64,000 bases of DNA, from the NCBI GenBank assembly GCA_000182565.2, contig KQ257462.1; one strand, 5' to 3'. The DNA comes from Spizellomyces punctatus DAOM BR117. Lineage: Eukaryota. Of this stretch, positions 23,901 to 36,400 are shown piece after piece (positions within the stretch are counted from its first letter, which is position 1; every line of letters starts with the position of its first letter). The notes beneath the pieces were generated by a model. The model saw only the letters and a list, made by a program, of their open reading frames with translations. It had not been told where the DNA came from and made no database searches. The position numbers and the translations under genes were made by a program.

Positions 23901-26900
23901 ATGATACGTGCAGGATTTGGGAGGGCTATTTGTCATGCAAGGCGGTTGTCGACGATAGAGATACGGGCATTGCGGCACCAACCAGCTACCCCGCTGCTCT
24001 TGGACAATCACACCTTGTGGAAGAGAAAGGCGAGTACTGCGACACAAGAAGCTTCGTTGGCAGAGGGCAAAGAAAGGCCATTATTGGATGCAGATATCGC
24101 GCAAAAGATAGATGTGAAGGCGGATCGAGATGTTACTGCTGAACAGGCTGTTCCTGAAGAAGACTGGCAGCAGGATAACATTGCTCTTAGCTTGGCCGAG
24201 ACTGGGGCGGAAAAGAAAGTTGCAGCAGAGGGAGGGAAGGTTATCGACGATTTGCTCGAAGACTGTGCTAAAGACTTGAAGGTAGCGACTCAGCGATACT
24301 TGCATCTGGAGGAGTCGAACAGAACTGCAGATTGGACGTCTGTACAATATAGTCACCTCATCAACCGTGTTGGGAATATCCCGTCCCAAGATTTGCCCAC
24401 AACCGTCTTTGATAAAGTCCGACAGATCACCAGAAGCCGAAGCATAAAATTGGATGAAAAAGCGCATTTGCAAATGGTCCGAGTGTACACAGCGGCGGAT
24501 ATCCGACGTGCACAGCGGTACTTGGCCATGGAATCCGAATTGGAAGTGGAGCGAGCAAGAATAACCGGGGAAGCTCCCAAGAGTGTTCAAAACCGAATCC
24601 AGCGTCTGCAGAAACGCATGGAAGCGTGCTCCTCGCAAGCACATGCGGATGCTGCTGAGGAACTGATGCAGCAGGCATTTGACGAGGGCTACCGTCCGCG
24701 CCCCTCGGATTATGCGGCCATGTTGCACATGCATGGAACTCGCCGAAACGTCGCGTCTGTGGAAAAATGGGTGCAGCTGCTGTCGGAACGGGATGTTGAG
24801 ATCAAACTTCCAATATACGTCGCGGTAATCACTGCATACGGATATCTTGGAGACGCATACAATGCTCAGAAGTGGTTTGAAAAGTATGTCAGCACTCATG
24901 GGCGTCGCGCCGAAGTTTATAAAGCTTTTATCGAAGCGTTGGGAAGGGTGGGCCGTGCACCACTTGCACGGGATATTCTTGAACGCGTTATGCCTGAACA
25001 AAAGGTGCAGCCGACCATTGATACGTACACTGCTGTTTCGAAAGTCCTTGGCTCGAGTGGGGACTTTGTTGGCGCTATTGAGATCCTTGGTCGAATGCGG
25101 GCGGATTCTGTTCTGGCGAAGGGCATAGAAGATGCTTATTCTGTCATATTAGAGCAAGCGATCCTCAAAGGCGATTATGCTGTTGCGTCGGATATGTTCG
25201 CGCATCTTAAGGAACGGCGGCTACCGAACTTTACGTATTCCCAGTATGGACGACTATGCATTGAACAGAATCATCTCGATGAAGCCCTTGCTGTTTATCG
25301 GAAGATATACAGCCGGAGTGGAATGGCTGATCCAATGTTTTCCGGTGATCTAGCGAACTCTTTAATCAAGGCAGGACGAAAGTCGGATGCATTCCGTCTG
25401 TTGGAAATCGTACACAGCGCTAGTGCCAAACGCAAGGCTTCCTCCCCGGGAGGCGACGGGAATGTTTTCCGTCTAGTTCCTATCCTCATGGATGCGGCGA
25501 AAGGTGATTTAAAGATGTTATTACGATTACAAGAAATTGCAGAATCACAGGGATACTATGGGTCCGAAAGCAAATCACCTTGTGGCGCTTTGTTGGCTGC
25601 ATACCAGCAGAAGAAAGATTCGGTAGATCTGTCCATAGAAGACTATCGTATTTTGTACCTGTCCTTGTTCTCCTCCAGAAAGGCTACGAGCAAGGACGAC
25701 CTTCAAAAGGCATCGTTCGCCTTTCTGAAGGATATGGAGTTGAAGGGGTTGAAGCCTACGGAAGCCCTCAGCGATCTGGTGATTTCAGGATTTAAAGGCC
25801 GCTACATGGTTGGAGCGGAGATCGAGTGGAAGAAGGCAATGGCTAAACTTGACGTCAAGACACCAGAAATCTCTTCTGAATATGCCTCTTTCATTACGAG
25901 GGAGGAACAGCAAAGTTTGTGTCGAAAGATTGTGAGCTGCTGTAGCAGCGGAAACGTGGCAGAAGCGCTACAGATAATGGAGAAACTCCAGAAAGTGAAC
26001 CTCTTCCCTGACCCGTTTACTGTTTCGCGTTTGATATTGACGTTGGGATCGAGAGGCGAATTCGAGACCGTCACGCAGGTATTCACGAAGGCTCTGGAAC
26101 GGGCAAGAACACTACGTAATCTGAAGGTCAGGGAACATTGGGAAGATTCTGCGTTCGAAGCTGTGATAATAGCTTATACGCGGGCAGGTTACGTGTCCGC
26201 GGCCGCCAAATTTTTCATTGAAAGTGTAACTGTGCTGGGACGACATCCGTTTGCTCAGAAGACATATGTGTGGTTCTTTGACACGGTTGGTCGAAGCAGG
26301 GGTATAGCGAATGAGGATTACGCGGACATATATGCCGTTTTCGAAGCGTATAGGGATTTGGTTGGGGCAAAGACAATATCACTCGCTGTCTACAACGCAG
26401 TGTTGAGAATTATGCGCAAAGCAGGAAGATATGAACACGTCGTTGAACTCGCACGCTTGATGCAGGAGGCTGAGATCACATTAGATCCGCCCACCTACCA
26501 GAACTTGATTTTGTCATTGATTCGATCTCAGCGTATTGATGAGGCGGCAAAGCTGTTTGAGAAGTACCTGGACGAATATTGGGAGCGTATGGATATTACG
26601 GTTTTCAATGTGATGATCTCTGGATACCTGGCACACGATGATTTTGCAGACGCGTTACGTGTGTTGAAAATTGCCGAAAGTGCAGACCTTCGAGCAAATG
26701 TAGAGACATATGAATTGTTGATTACTGGTTTGGCACGATCTGAAGAGTACGCAGGCAGCGCGTTGTCCTTGGTACACAAAATGAAGGAGAGCGGTCTTCC
26801 TGTTCGACCGCAGGTCTACGAATCTGTGATTTTGGGAACCTGCTCGGGGAAAACAAAGTCATTATCCGTAGCTCTGCAATGTTATCGCGCGATGGAGCAA

Positions 26901-27293
26901 GCCAACATGCGGCCAAGCCCTAATGTGTTTGAGAAGCTTATCGTTGCGATGATTGATCAGGGCGATATGGTGACCGCGGAGAAGTTACGCCTGAGTATGG
27001 ACACCATTGGTCGTCATCCTACGTCGGAAACCGAGGCGGCCCTACAAGCAGGGTATCTCAAAAGAGGCGATCTGCTCTCTGCGCGACGGGTATTTGATGG
27101 AATGGCAAATCCAGTTTCGGAAACATCAATACCTCACCCGACGCGAACCAAGGAGTCATACCAGATGATAATAAACGCTGCCATCAAGGCAGGAAGAACG
27201 GATTTAGCGGCAGAGTACGTAGCACAAGCGAAAGGTAGTCCTTATGAGGCAGAATCTCCAGGGTGGGCGGAAAGCTTAGCGCTGGGGGCATAG
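23901..27293 (+). CDS. Pentatricopeptide-repeat (PPR) protein, probably mitochondrial
   Basis: Intronless 1130-aa ORF with an Arg-rich presequence and ~35-aa helical repeats (YAAMLHMHG, YVAVITAYG, YKAFIEALG, YNAVLRIMR, FNVMISGY, YELLITGL). Confidence 0.9.
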   Translation: MIRAGFGRAICHARRLSTIEIRALRHQPATPLLLDNHTLWKRKASTATQEASLAEGKERPLLDADIAQKIDVKADRDVTAEQAVPEEDWQQDNIALSLAETGAEKKVAAEGGKVIDDLLEDCAKDLKVATQRYLHLEESNRTADWTSVQYSHLINRVGNIPSQDLPTTVFDKVRQITRSRSIKLDEKAHLQMVRVYTAADIRRAQRYLAMESELEVERARITGEAPKSVQNRIQRLQKRMEACSSQAHADAAEELMQQAFDEGYRPRPSDYAAMLHMHGTRRNVASVEKWVQLLSERDVEIKLPIYVAVITAYGYLGDAYNAQKWFEKYVSTHGRRAEVYKAFIEALGRVGRAPLARDILERVMPEQKVQPTIDTYTAVSKVLGSSGDFVGAIEILGRMRADSVLAKGIEDAYSVILEQAILKGDYAVASDMFAHLKERRLPNFTYSQYGRLCIEQNHLDEALAVYRKIYSRSGMADPMFSGDLANSLIKAGRKSDAFRLLEIVHSASAKRKASSPGGDGNVFRLVPILMDAAKGDLKMLLRLQEIAESQGYYGSESKSPCGALLAAYQQKKDSVDLSIEDYRILYLSLFSSRKATSKDDLQKASFAFLKDMELKGLKPTEALSDLVISGFKGRYMVGAEIEWKKAMAKLDVKTPEISSEYASFITREEQQSLCRKIVSCCSSGNVAEALQIMEKLQKVNLFPDPFTVSRLILTLGSRGEFETVTQVFTKALERARTLRNLKVREHWEDSAFEAVIIAYTRAGYVSAAAKFFIESVTVLGRHPFAQKTYVWFFDTVGRSRGIANEDYADIYAVFEAYRDLVGAKTISLAVYNAVLRIMRKAGRYEHVVELARLMQEAEITLDPPTYQNLILSLIRSQRIDEAAKLFEKYLDEYWERMDITVFNVMISGYLAHDDFADALRVLKIAESADLRANVETYELLITGLARSEEYAGSALSLVHKMKESGLPVRPQVYESVILGTCSGKTKSLSVALQCYRAMEQANMRPSPNVFEKLIVAMIDQGDMVTAEKLRLSMDTIGRHPTSETEAALQAGYLKRGDLLSARRVFDGMANPVSETSIPHPTRTKESYQMIINAAIKAGRTDLAAEYVAQAKGSPYEAESPGWAESLALGA

Positions 27294-27480
27294 GCAGCAT
27301 AGACGCATGATATTGGATAGGCATACTTTTTATAGAATCGTTGGCGACCAATAGTGTGCCAGATGGGTGCCCCTACGCGCATATTTATGTTATACATTCG
27401 CAAACATCACTTATACTCTGTCAAAGGTCCTTATTTACAATGTATTGTACAAAAACTTTGCAATATACAAACAAAAAAGT

Positions 27481-30400
27481 TTAATGAGGCGTTCGAATGA
27501 GATATACCAGAACTAGACCATCCACGGTTCCAACGACAATAGACCTTTGGTTGGCGCCAACCGCCAAGGAGGTAGGCTGACTGGCAAGCGGGACCATGGC
27601 ACATACTTCTCCGTTAGCCCTCGCTTGCCTAACAAAGTTCTTGCCATTATGATCAGGCTGACTATCCACCTCTGAAGCCAGCCCAATATCCCAAACCCTC
27701 ATTATGTGATCCGCTGCAATAGTGATAATATATCGGGGATTGTCCATAAAGCTCCATAAGACAATTCGACCTGATTCGTGACGAAGCGAACAATGCCTCC
27801 ATGGTTTATCTAGTCGCATGACAACGATAATGCCGACATCTTGGGAGGATGTGTGATTCACGATATCGCCTTGCTCCTCCATTTCTACAGCAGAGTATGC
27901 GAATAATTTCCCTAGCTTATGCGATCGGCACTCTTGTATCTGTATGTTATCTCCCTCTGAACCACCAGAAGACCAGATTTCGCCATTGACCCACACACTC
28001 GATGCAGAGCAGTAGATAATTTGATGCGAAGCGGACCAGCACAAATCTTGAACACGTTCTCCTTCCCAGGTTTCAAATGTCTGAAGATCGTGCCCGGTAT
28101 GCGGATCTACCATATAAACGCAATTTCCGTTTGCCATGGCTATTCGTGTGCCATCCGGAGAGAATAGGCGGGACGGCAGAGATGTGCAGTGACGCTGAAA
28201 GAGAGGTGTTTGGTGGTATGTTAGTGAACGGTCTGCTCGCCGGAGTAGTTGCCAAGCAGTAAATGTGTCGTGGACTCCCCAAGTGTACAAGCACAGACCA
28301 TGGTGCTCTGTTTTCAGACGGCTGAGGGTAACTCGACGGAGGCGACTTGAGTGTAGAATGCGCAGAGATTCTTTATGATTGTGAAGATCGAAGACAATGC
28401 CTAGATTCCCACAGGCACTTGCTATATAGTTTTCCATCTTTGAAACGTGGACAGAGTTTGGTTGGTCGGGTAACGTGGTTTGAGTAATAGGACGGACCTG
28501 GGTAAAGTTTGCATCGATAGACCAGATGATGTAGGTCTTGTCATTGGAAGATGATATCAAGCTTAAACCGCTATTGGCGCTATTGCCGCGAGTGAAGTCC
28601 AGATGCGAAACAGCCTTTGTGTGATGAGGATCGGACACAGACATGAGTGGCACGATCTTTCCTTCATTCTTCCAACTATGTGTGTTGCACACAAGCAGTT
28701 GGTTTTCACTCGATAAGAGAAACCGTTCCCTTCCCCGAGAGGTGGCGGTACACATGTTCGTTAAGCACGATGCACCTGTATTCACCCGCTTAATCCAGCG
28801 TCCCGTTTCGACCTCTGCGACGGTGATCACACCGAGCGGTGTTCCGCAGAAAAGCAGAGTTTCATCCGCGGAGAAACTGAGGCATTGGATGGGTGTGTCA
28901 GAGGGGGTGTGAATCAATGCGCATCGAGAGTGATTGTCAATTCGCCATATCATGATTCCACCGTCGATGCGCGTTACCGCCAATAAATCTCGCCCGAGGG
29001 AGAATGCTCCTACAGATGTTGCCGACGTAAGTTCCTCGTTGAACCGACATATTTCCCGCATCTTGACCGCGTTGAAGACAATAATGCCTTTATTTCGGCG
29101 CGAATACGTGGCTATCCTATGCCCGTCGATGGAGTGAGCGATAACTGCATCAGAGGTGCCTTTTGTTTGAGTAGGAGGCATATCCGCGTCCAACACACTC
29201 AACACGTCATCTCCACGATCTGATCGAGGTGCAGACTTATTGGGCGCTTCAGCATCGAAGTCGATGCACTCGAGCTGCGTGTGTTCACCGGATTGCCAGA
29301 TGCTCTCAAGACTCTCAGAGAAAAATATGGCCCCTCCCCTATAGGAAGATTCTACGAAGGCAATCATTTTGCCATTTGACAGGTTGTACAAGCAAATGTC
29401 CTTATTGCGTAAGGCAATGGCGACCCTTTCAGCACCATTCAGACTGAAGCAGCACGCAACAGCTGAAGCTGCCGGAAAGGGTGACTGAAGTAGCACTTCG
29501 GTCAACACGTAAGAATCGATGTCCCACGCTTTGACTGTGCCCTCGTCTGTCACGGTCAGGCAGCATCGTCCAATGGCTTTCTGTACTTGTACGGTAACTG
29601 CTATCAGCTTCGTAGCTTCCGTTGCCACTATAATGGACTCAGCATGTGATTCGGAAGGCGTAATACATTCGAGCAGGCTGTCGCCGTGCGCTCTGTTGTT
29701 GCGTGACCGAGCATCCTGTCGCACGCTAGGGCAGGCTCCTTTTGGGAGATTATAGGCCAACGTAAAACACATTTTGGGATATTGGCGAAGATAGTGCCCA
29801 TACGTCTCGACGAACAGGTTGTAGTCACCCAGTCGGGTAATCAGCTCATTGTCGCTCTCCGTCTGGGCTCGCTTGAGAACCTCTGCGATGAAGCCGACAA
29901 CCTCATATCCAACACCTGCAACAAACGCGCTTTCAATGAAACCCAGATTACAAAGTACTCGCGCAGTTTCATGAGGAGAAAATCCAGCCGTTAACTGATG
30001 GTGAACAATATCCACTGCCCGATGAGAGTCATACTTTCGCCACTGCTGCTGTCCAGCGGATACCGTTATGCAGGTAGATGCGTAAAACATTGCAAGAAGG
30101 CGATGCTGATGGGTCACGTCGGCTGAGCTTCTGATATATCGCTTTTTGATGGCCGTCGTGAACTCTTCGTGGAAAGGAATCAAATGCCCCGACTCTGTTT
30201 CGGCAAGAAGATCTTTCAGAGATTCATAAATGAGATTCCAGTCCAAGAATGGGAGTTTCAACAGCTCAATTATTTCGACTTCTCGTAGCCCCGAGCGAGA
30301 ACTGGCGATTGCAGTGAGCGTACCAGCAATGACATCTCGACCATGGATCTGCTCGAATTCGTTCAACATTTGGTCAAACATGGACGCAACGTCAACCGGT

Positions 30401-33400
30401 ATGTCCAGATTTGAGAAAGTGCGGCCAAATTCAGTGCGCTTGATTTTTTTGAGTAGCAATGCAAGATACAATGGCTTGGAAAGATTCATCTTGGCAAGAA
30501 TACTTTGAACCTGCCGGTGTTCCACATCTATGTTCATACGAAGGCATTGCATCCTCAGGATGTCCTTCTGCTCCTGATTAGTCAAACCTCCGAGTTTCCA
30601 GCTTTTCGTGTCAGGATGTCTCTTTCTTAGGGCAGGAAGGACCTTCTCGTCAGCAGCACTGAATAACCAGCGTACTCGCAACAGAGTTTGGTTATCGACA
30701 TCCGCAATGGATGGAAGCCAACTGAAATCATGCTGTTTTTTGCTTCCCAAAATGCTTAGGCGGTCGACCCCGTCCACAATGATAAGCACGTTTGTTCCTA
30801 GCTTGGCGACCTTCTTCAGCTTTGTGGCAAAACCTAATATATTCTGCTCCGAGGTACCGGTCCCAATATCAATCCTTTCTGCCTCCAAGTGTTTTGACAA
30901 TTGTGTTTGAAATCGTCGAAGCATTTGGCTGATGTCAAAGGATCCATACCACGTTCGCACAAAATTTGTCAAAACAAGAAAACCATTCGCTTGAAACTCG
31001 GAGCATATCTTGCCTAGAAGAGTAGTTTTTCCCATGCCGCTTTCGCCATGGAGGAGCAAGGTGTTCTCCATTGGTACCTCGCCCTCTGCCGCTGGATTGT
31101 TGTTTATTGATAGGAAGGCTCGGCGGACATGTTCCAGTACCTCTGATCGTCCAGAAAAATCGGTCAGATTGCTGACGGGAGCAATGGGCAGAGAACTGAA
31201 GTCTCGCAAGTCTATGCATTGTGCGATGTCTTTGGCTACTTGTAAACCCCAGACTTCCAGACCGCCCATTTTGACTCTTCGATCTTCGATCCGGGAGAAA
31301 TAGCTTTGATAAATGTGAACTGGACACCTGGACTCTGAAAGTTGCTGCTTCAGTTTCTCAACCCGTTCTATGGCTCTTGAGTTTTCTGGTTCGTACAGCG
31401 ATCGGAAGCTTTTTGGGACAGAGCGGGTGAAAGCGGCATCGCGGAAATAAAATATGAACGAACTATTCTGGACAGGTAGCTCTAGAGCACAGTCGATTTC
31501 AATTTCCCACAATTTTGAGTGCGCTTGCATCGTGCCCTGAACTTCAAGACTCCTGTCGGGAGAAGAATCGCCGAGTTTCGAGCCAATAATTGATAAGAAG
31601 ATGTCTGCACGTCGAATTTGCCATCTACTTGCTTGAACATAATCACTTTCACTAACACGGGCACTTGGGTGCCCAGCACGGAAATCCACGACGTGTAGCA
31701 GAATATGTTTGCGCAACATTTTATGTTGAAGCTGAGGTAGTATGTTACTGTAAAAATATTCTCGTTCGTTGTAAGTGTCTGGTGTGGAGCACAAGTAGAC
31801 AGTGACGTAGCGGGTAAAGGTGGGTGCACTGCCAGCGGAGGAGGCATGGAAAGAACTTTTCCCCCAATTCAGCTCGCTTAAATGCTCAAGATCGGCGATA
31901 CTGAACGGCTCCGAGGAACACAAGGCAGTCACGCCATGCAAATACAATTCTGAAGGAGAAACTCGCGTACGCAAGGATAGATCAGGTAGGCTATTATCCG
32001 GACTGTCCAGGTGTACGGCAGATGAGTCGCTGATCACCTGCGCAGGCACACTGATTTCATATTCACTCATCATATTGGTCGCTGGGGGTTCACCGGCTCC
32101 AGTAGTCAGGGGTCCTTCATTTTTCACATACAATCGCAATACCAACGGGGGAAGGATTGACGAGCACCCAAGAGCTATAGCTTCAATAGCTTCATTCTGG
32201 ATCCTTACGTTCCTTAACAGTAGATCTGTCAGTATGTACGAGGACTCGGAGAGAGTATCCTTCGCTTGCAGGCAGTTCATTTCGTTAGAGCCCACGTGGA
32301 ATTCTAGACAGCTTTTGACTCTCTCGAGTGGAACCGCATGCGTGTTACAATAACCCATCATGGCAGCATGCACCACTTGTGTCACTGATATGGGTAGCTT
32401 CACGCTGACGAACTGCAGTGGATTCGAGATGGTACATCCTGAGAGGAATTGTGCAGCAATTCCAAGCTCTTGAAAATATGATGAAATCTCGTACTCTAGA
32501 TGTTTGGGTGCCAAACACCATGAGTGGGGTATTCGACGAGCTGTCAGAATTTTCAAAATGTGCCGACTTTCGTACGTATCGCATCCACTAAGGATTGCAT
32601 CTAGCCCTTGTTTCACGCGGCGGAAGACAAGATTGTAGCGCCCCGCTTCTCTCAGTAAGAGTGTCCGTCCATTTTGAACTCTGGAGGCTGACTCATAAAG
32701 ATGGCGAACACTCGGCAGTCTAGGTAAGGTCCTCCAAAATCTTCCTATTTTACTTAGGAAGTCTTTATCCAGCATCGAAAGGGAAGAAAGGGAAGCTTCA
32801 CTGGCGTGTAGCGCAGGGCCGCATGGACAGTCGAGCAGCAGCTGCAGCTTCTCAGATACCCTCTTCCGTAGCCGCTGGCAATTGATCGTGCCTGCGCCGA
32901 TTTTTGAATCTAAGGACTCTTGCGCAGATAGGTGCTGATCATTGTCAAAGCTTTTCTCGAAGTTTTCATAGTTGACCACGTCGAGTTCTGATGGTTTAAC
33001 GTACTCATCCAAAATGGCAAGCACGGACGATCGGACGCTTTCTACGCGCTTCTTCTGATACCTAGGTGCCGCCTCCTTCAGATACACCGACTCCAATAGC
33101 AATGTTTCGGATATAGCCGGTGGTAAACCCCTGTTCCTGGCTTCTGCAATTATCGTGATCGATAGGTCAAAATCTACATCGTTAAAGTAAACGATTTTGG
33201 AGAACATCGTTTCGGGCCTTCTCGCTGTCACCACGAGCCCGACATGTCCATAAATGACGGAATAATATAAACGATCAACAGGGAGAGGTTGCTTGTTGTC
33301 GCGAACTATATAGTGCTTGCAGAAATGCTTTGCGAGGTGCCTGTTGTGAAGATGAGAGTAGTCCCAAATGAATGAGTTCGACCTTGCTCTTACCGAAATG

Positions 33401-36400
33401 ATAGATTTTTCTCGTGAAAGCAAACACGAACAAGGGTTGGCACATCCGCAGGGAGCCTTTCCTGTACAAACGCCGGGCAGAGGAACCACATCCGAAAGCT
33501 GGCAGCAGATTTCTGCACCATGTAAATTATAGCCTTCAATTGGCCAATCCAGTACGCATCGGCGTGAATAACCAGCCAATCTCCGTTTCCCGCAGCGTGA
33601 GAGACCTTGTCTTTCCACTTGTCACCTGCTTGCCATTAGCATACATGCTGCAAACGCAAATGAGATTAAACATACCACGCTTATCTTCTTCTGTCATTAT
33701 AGTTATCTGTATCTGTGTCCCTTCGTAATCTTCACAGCCCTGGACCACCAGACGATGTGTATCGGCCAATTCATCGGTCACAATCAGGACGATGGAATGG
33801 TTCCCTTGCAGACGCATGAACTGATCGCTACTACTGTCTTCTACAAGCAAGCCATAGCTCGTCAACATATTGACAAGGACTGGTTTTAGCATATCCGGAC
33901 GATTAATCCTGCATATTGAGTGTTAGTCACAGCAGTCATACGCCATCTCTACATAACACAGCACATGATGATACGTACAGGGTAGCGACAAATTTCTCCA
34001 TATTAGAGAGCCGACGACTCCAAACGTTGGTAGACGAAGTAGTTTCAAAAAAGTCATATGCAGCGCATTCTGCATTGTGTGTAGCAGTAGTCAGGAATTC
34101 ATGCAAATCTGGCCAGCTGTCCAATTGAGAAAGAATAGTGGTCTGCAACGGTGTTCATAAAATCATTAGCGTCCACTTAATTTGCGACATGTCGCTGGTT
34201 GCATACCGTATTTAACTCTTCTGACTGGTTTTCATTCAAATACACCAAGACCTTTTCGAGAAGATTGACCTCGTTTCGGCTCACTAGACCCCGACGACGA
34301 GCATTCACAGTTGCTAGCACAAAGTGTACCGGTATTCGGTCCTCTTCCCGCAGCATATCATTGACCTTGATCATTAGCTGTAGAGTGAGTGCATTTGCTA
34401 CCTTATTGACCGCGGAATCGCTAAGCGCAGAAACTTTCAGGGTCGAGACTTCATTTCGTAGACAGTCATTGAAAATTTGGGTGAAGACCTGGTCATCGGT
34501 GGCATACAAACTATTGAGTAGCTTTATACGCTTGAACGCAGTATGGAGCTCACACCCGAATGTGGCCAGGCTCATGAATGGTTTATACTGGGGCAAAATA
34601 TCTGACTTGAATGCTTTGTATGCCTCGGTCATCGATTCAACAAGATAACCTTCACGTTGAAATAAAATGATATCGTGCATGAGATCCTCGCTGTCGGTAA
34701 TACTGCAGGTTTCCATCATGGTTATGCATGCGTCGAAAGAACTTTCGCTCGTGTGCTTCTTGGAGGATAGCTTCGCCTCTACGGATCTCAGTAAGAATTA
34801 ATGGTAAACGTGCATAGGTAGAATCAATATTCATTAACTTACGCATGCTTTTCCGCTGCTGACTGAAGCTTGGTGTGGCATTGCTCATGATAAAGTCAAA
34901 GAGTAGGCTTTGGAGGGTCGTCCCACAGTGCGTAAAATTTACGACCTGAAATTTATCGAGCATTGGTTCATTTGCCACGCCAGCATCTGCAAATACGACC
35001 AGCGGAGATCGTTGGGTAATGCTCGTTCGTAACTCCTTCAGCCTCTCCTGCTGAAATTTCAAAATCTCTCTGCCCAACTCCTTGCTAGTAAGGCCTTCTA
35101 TCCAAATTGGCTTCCAGCTTCCCTTTAGCCTGTTTAGCTGTTCTACAAAATCCGGGCGTCGTGCGTCCAAACGATCCGGTTCGCTTCCTTCAGATGTTAG
35201 GTATCCATACTGCTCCAGTATCAGTTTGGCTAAACCATTCGGGTCGATAAGCCATTTGTCACGTTTTGTTGCATGCATCAAGGTCAGATTTTGTCGAACA
35301 ATCTTGACTTTAAAGAGAGCTGAATTGGCTGGCATTCTTGTATCTTTCGTTAGGGGAATATTGGCAGCATGCCCATTGATATGTCGCTTGATGAGATGTC
35401 GCCATACGTCCTCGAGCTCAACCCTTTTTTCATCCGATAACGGGCCGAAATAGGCAAGAAGCCCACTGCGCATGAGCGTATTTGCCAGTAACAATTCTTT
35501 ACGGCTGCCGAGAGCATCAATACGGCTTTGGATTTTCTTTGACAGCTGTTGCAAAGACTTGATGAAGCGATCTTGGAACTGCAAATACTTTCCTGTTTTT
35601 TTGCCATCATGGAAGGCACAGGTGGCTTGGAACATCTCGGCAAGAAGCGTGAAGATGGATTCAGAAGCCCTTGAACGTTCGGTGACTGGGGGGTCCCACA
35701 GATGCAAGGGTTCTCGTACAGTACCAGGAATATTGACATCTACAGTAATAAGAGCTACCCCTCGCAATTGGCTCGGTTGCTTCCGAAATCGTTCTATTGT
35801 CGGATGTAGGAGACCAGCCTTACGAGCGCGAATCATAATCAACTCATGAACCTCTTTAGAGGGAAAGACCAAACCTGTCGCCGCTCGCAAGGCAATAAAT
35901 GCTTTGCGATGCCGAAGAGGTGAATGCTTTGCACCAGCCTGTTTTACTGGTAGGACCACATCCGCGCCGGAGGTTCCGTACTCTGCGAGGTATTCGGAGA
36001 ACGCCCTTTCTGCGGCAATAAACACATCATTGGTGACTTCCAGCTGAATGACGTTGTCCCATTGATTCGCGGATTGCCTTCCGTTTCGACTTAGTTGTAC
36101 ATATTCTGGCAATCGTTTCAGAAAAGCGGTCAACTTAGCATAGGCCCTAGAGGAATAAGGATAAGGGGGTAATTAGGTGGCCTTAAACCGACGCGATCCT
36201 ACTTGATTCCAAGAAGTCCCCCCATATTCGTTTTCACGGAAGACTCGATCAGGTTTATTCGCTTTTCGATTTGGTTTGCCAAAGTGAAATAGAACACTTT
36301 CCAATCCATGTCTTTAGGATAAACAAATGTGACTCCCCATCCGCGGCGATACGACATCCATTTCCAAAACTCTTCATCTGCCAATAAATCCGCCCACTTT

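Noticed and set aside
33341-33618. First ~93 aa of the listed 2045-aa ORF (MERQGLSRCG..) as a separate gene start
   Set aside because: It uses a GTG start, and a different frame over this stretch encodes dynein AAA6-like sequence flanked by good splice sites, so it is an internal exon plus intron.
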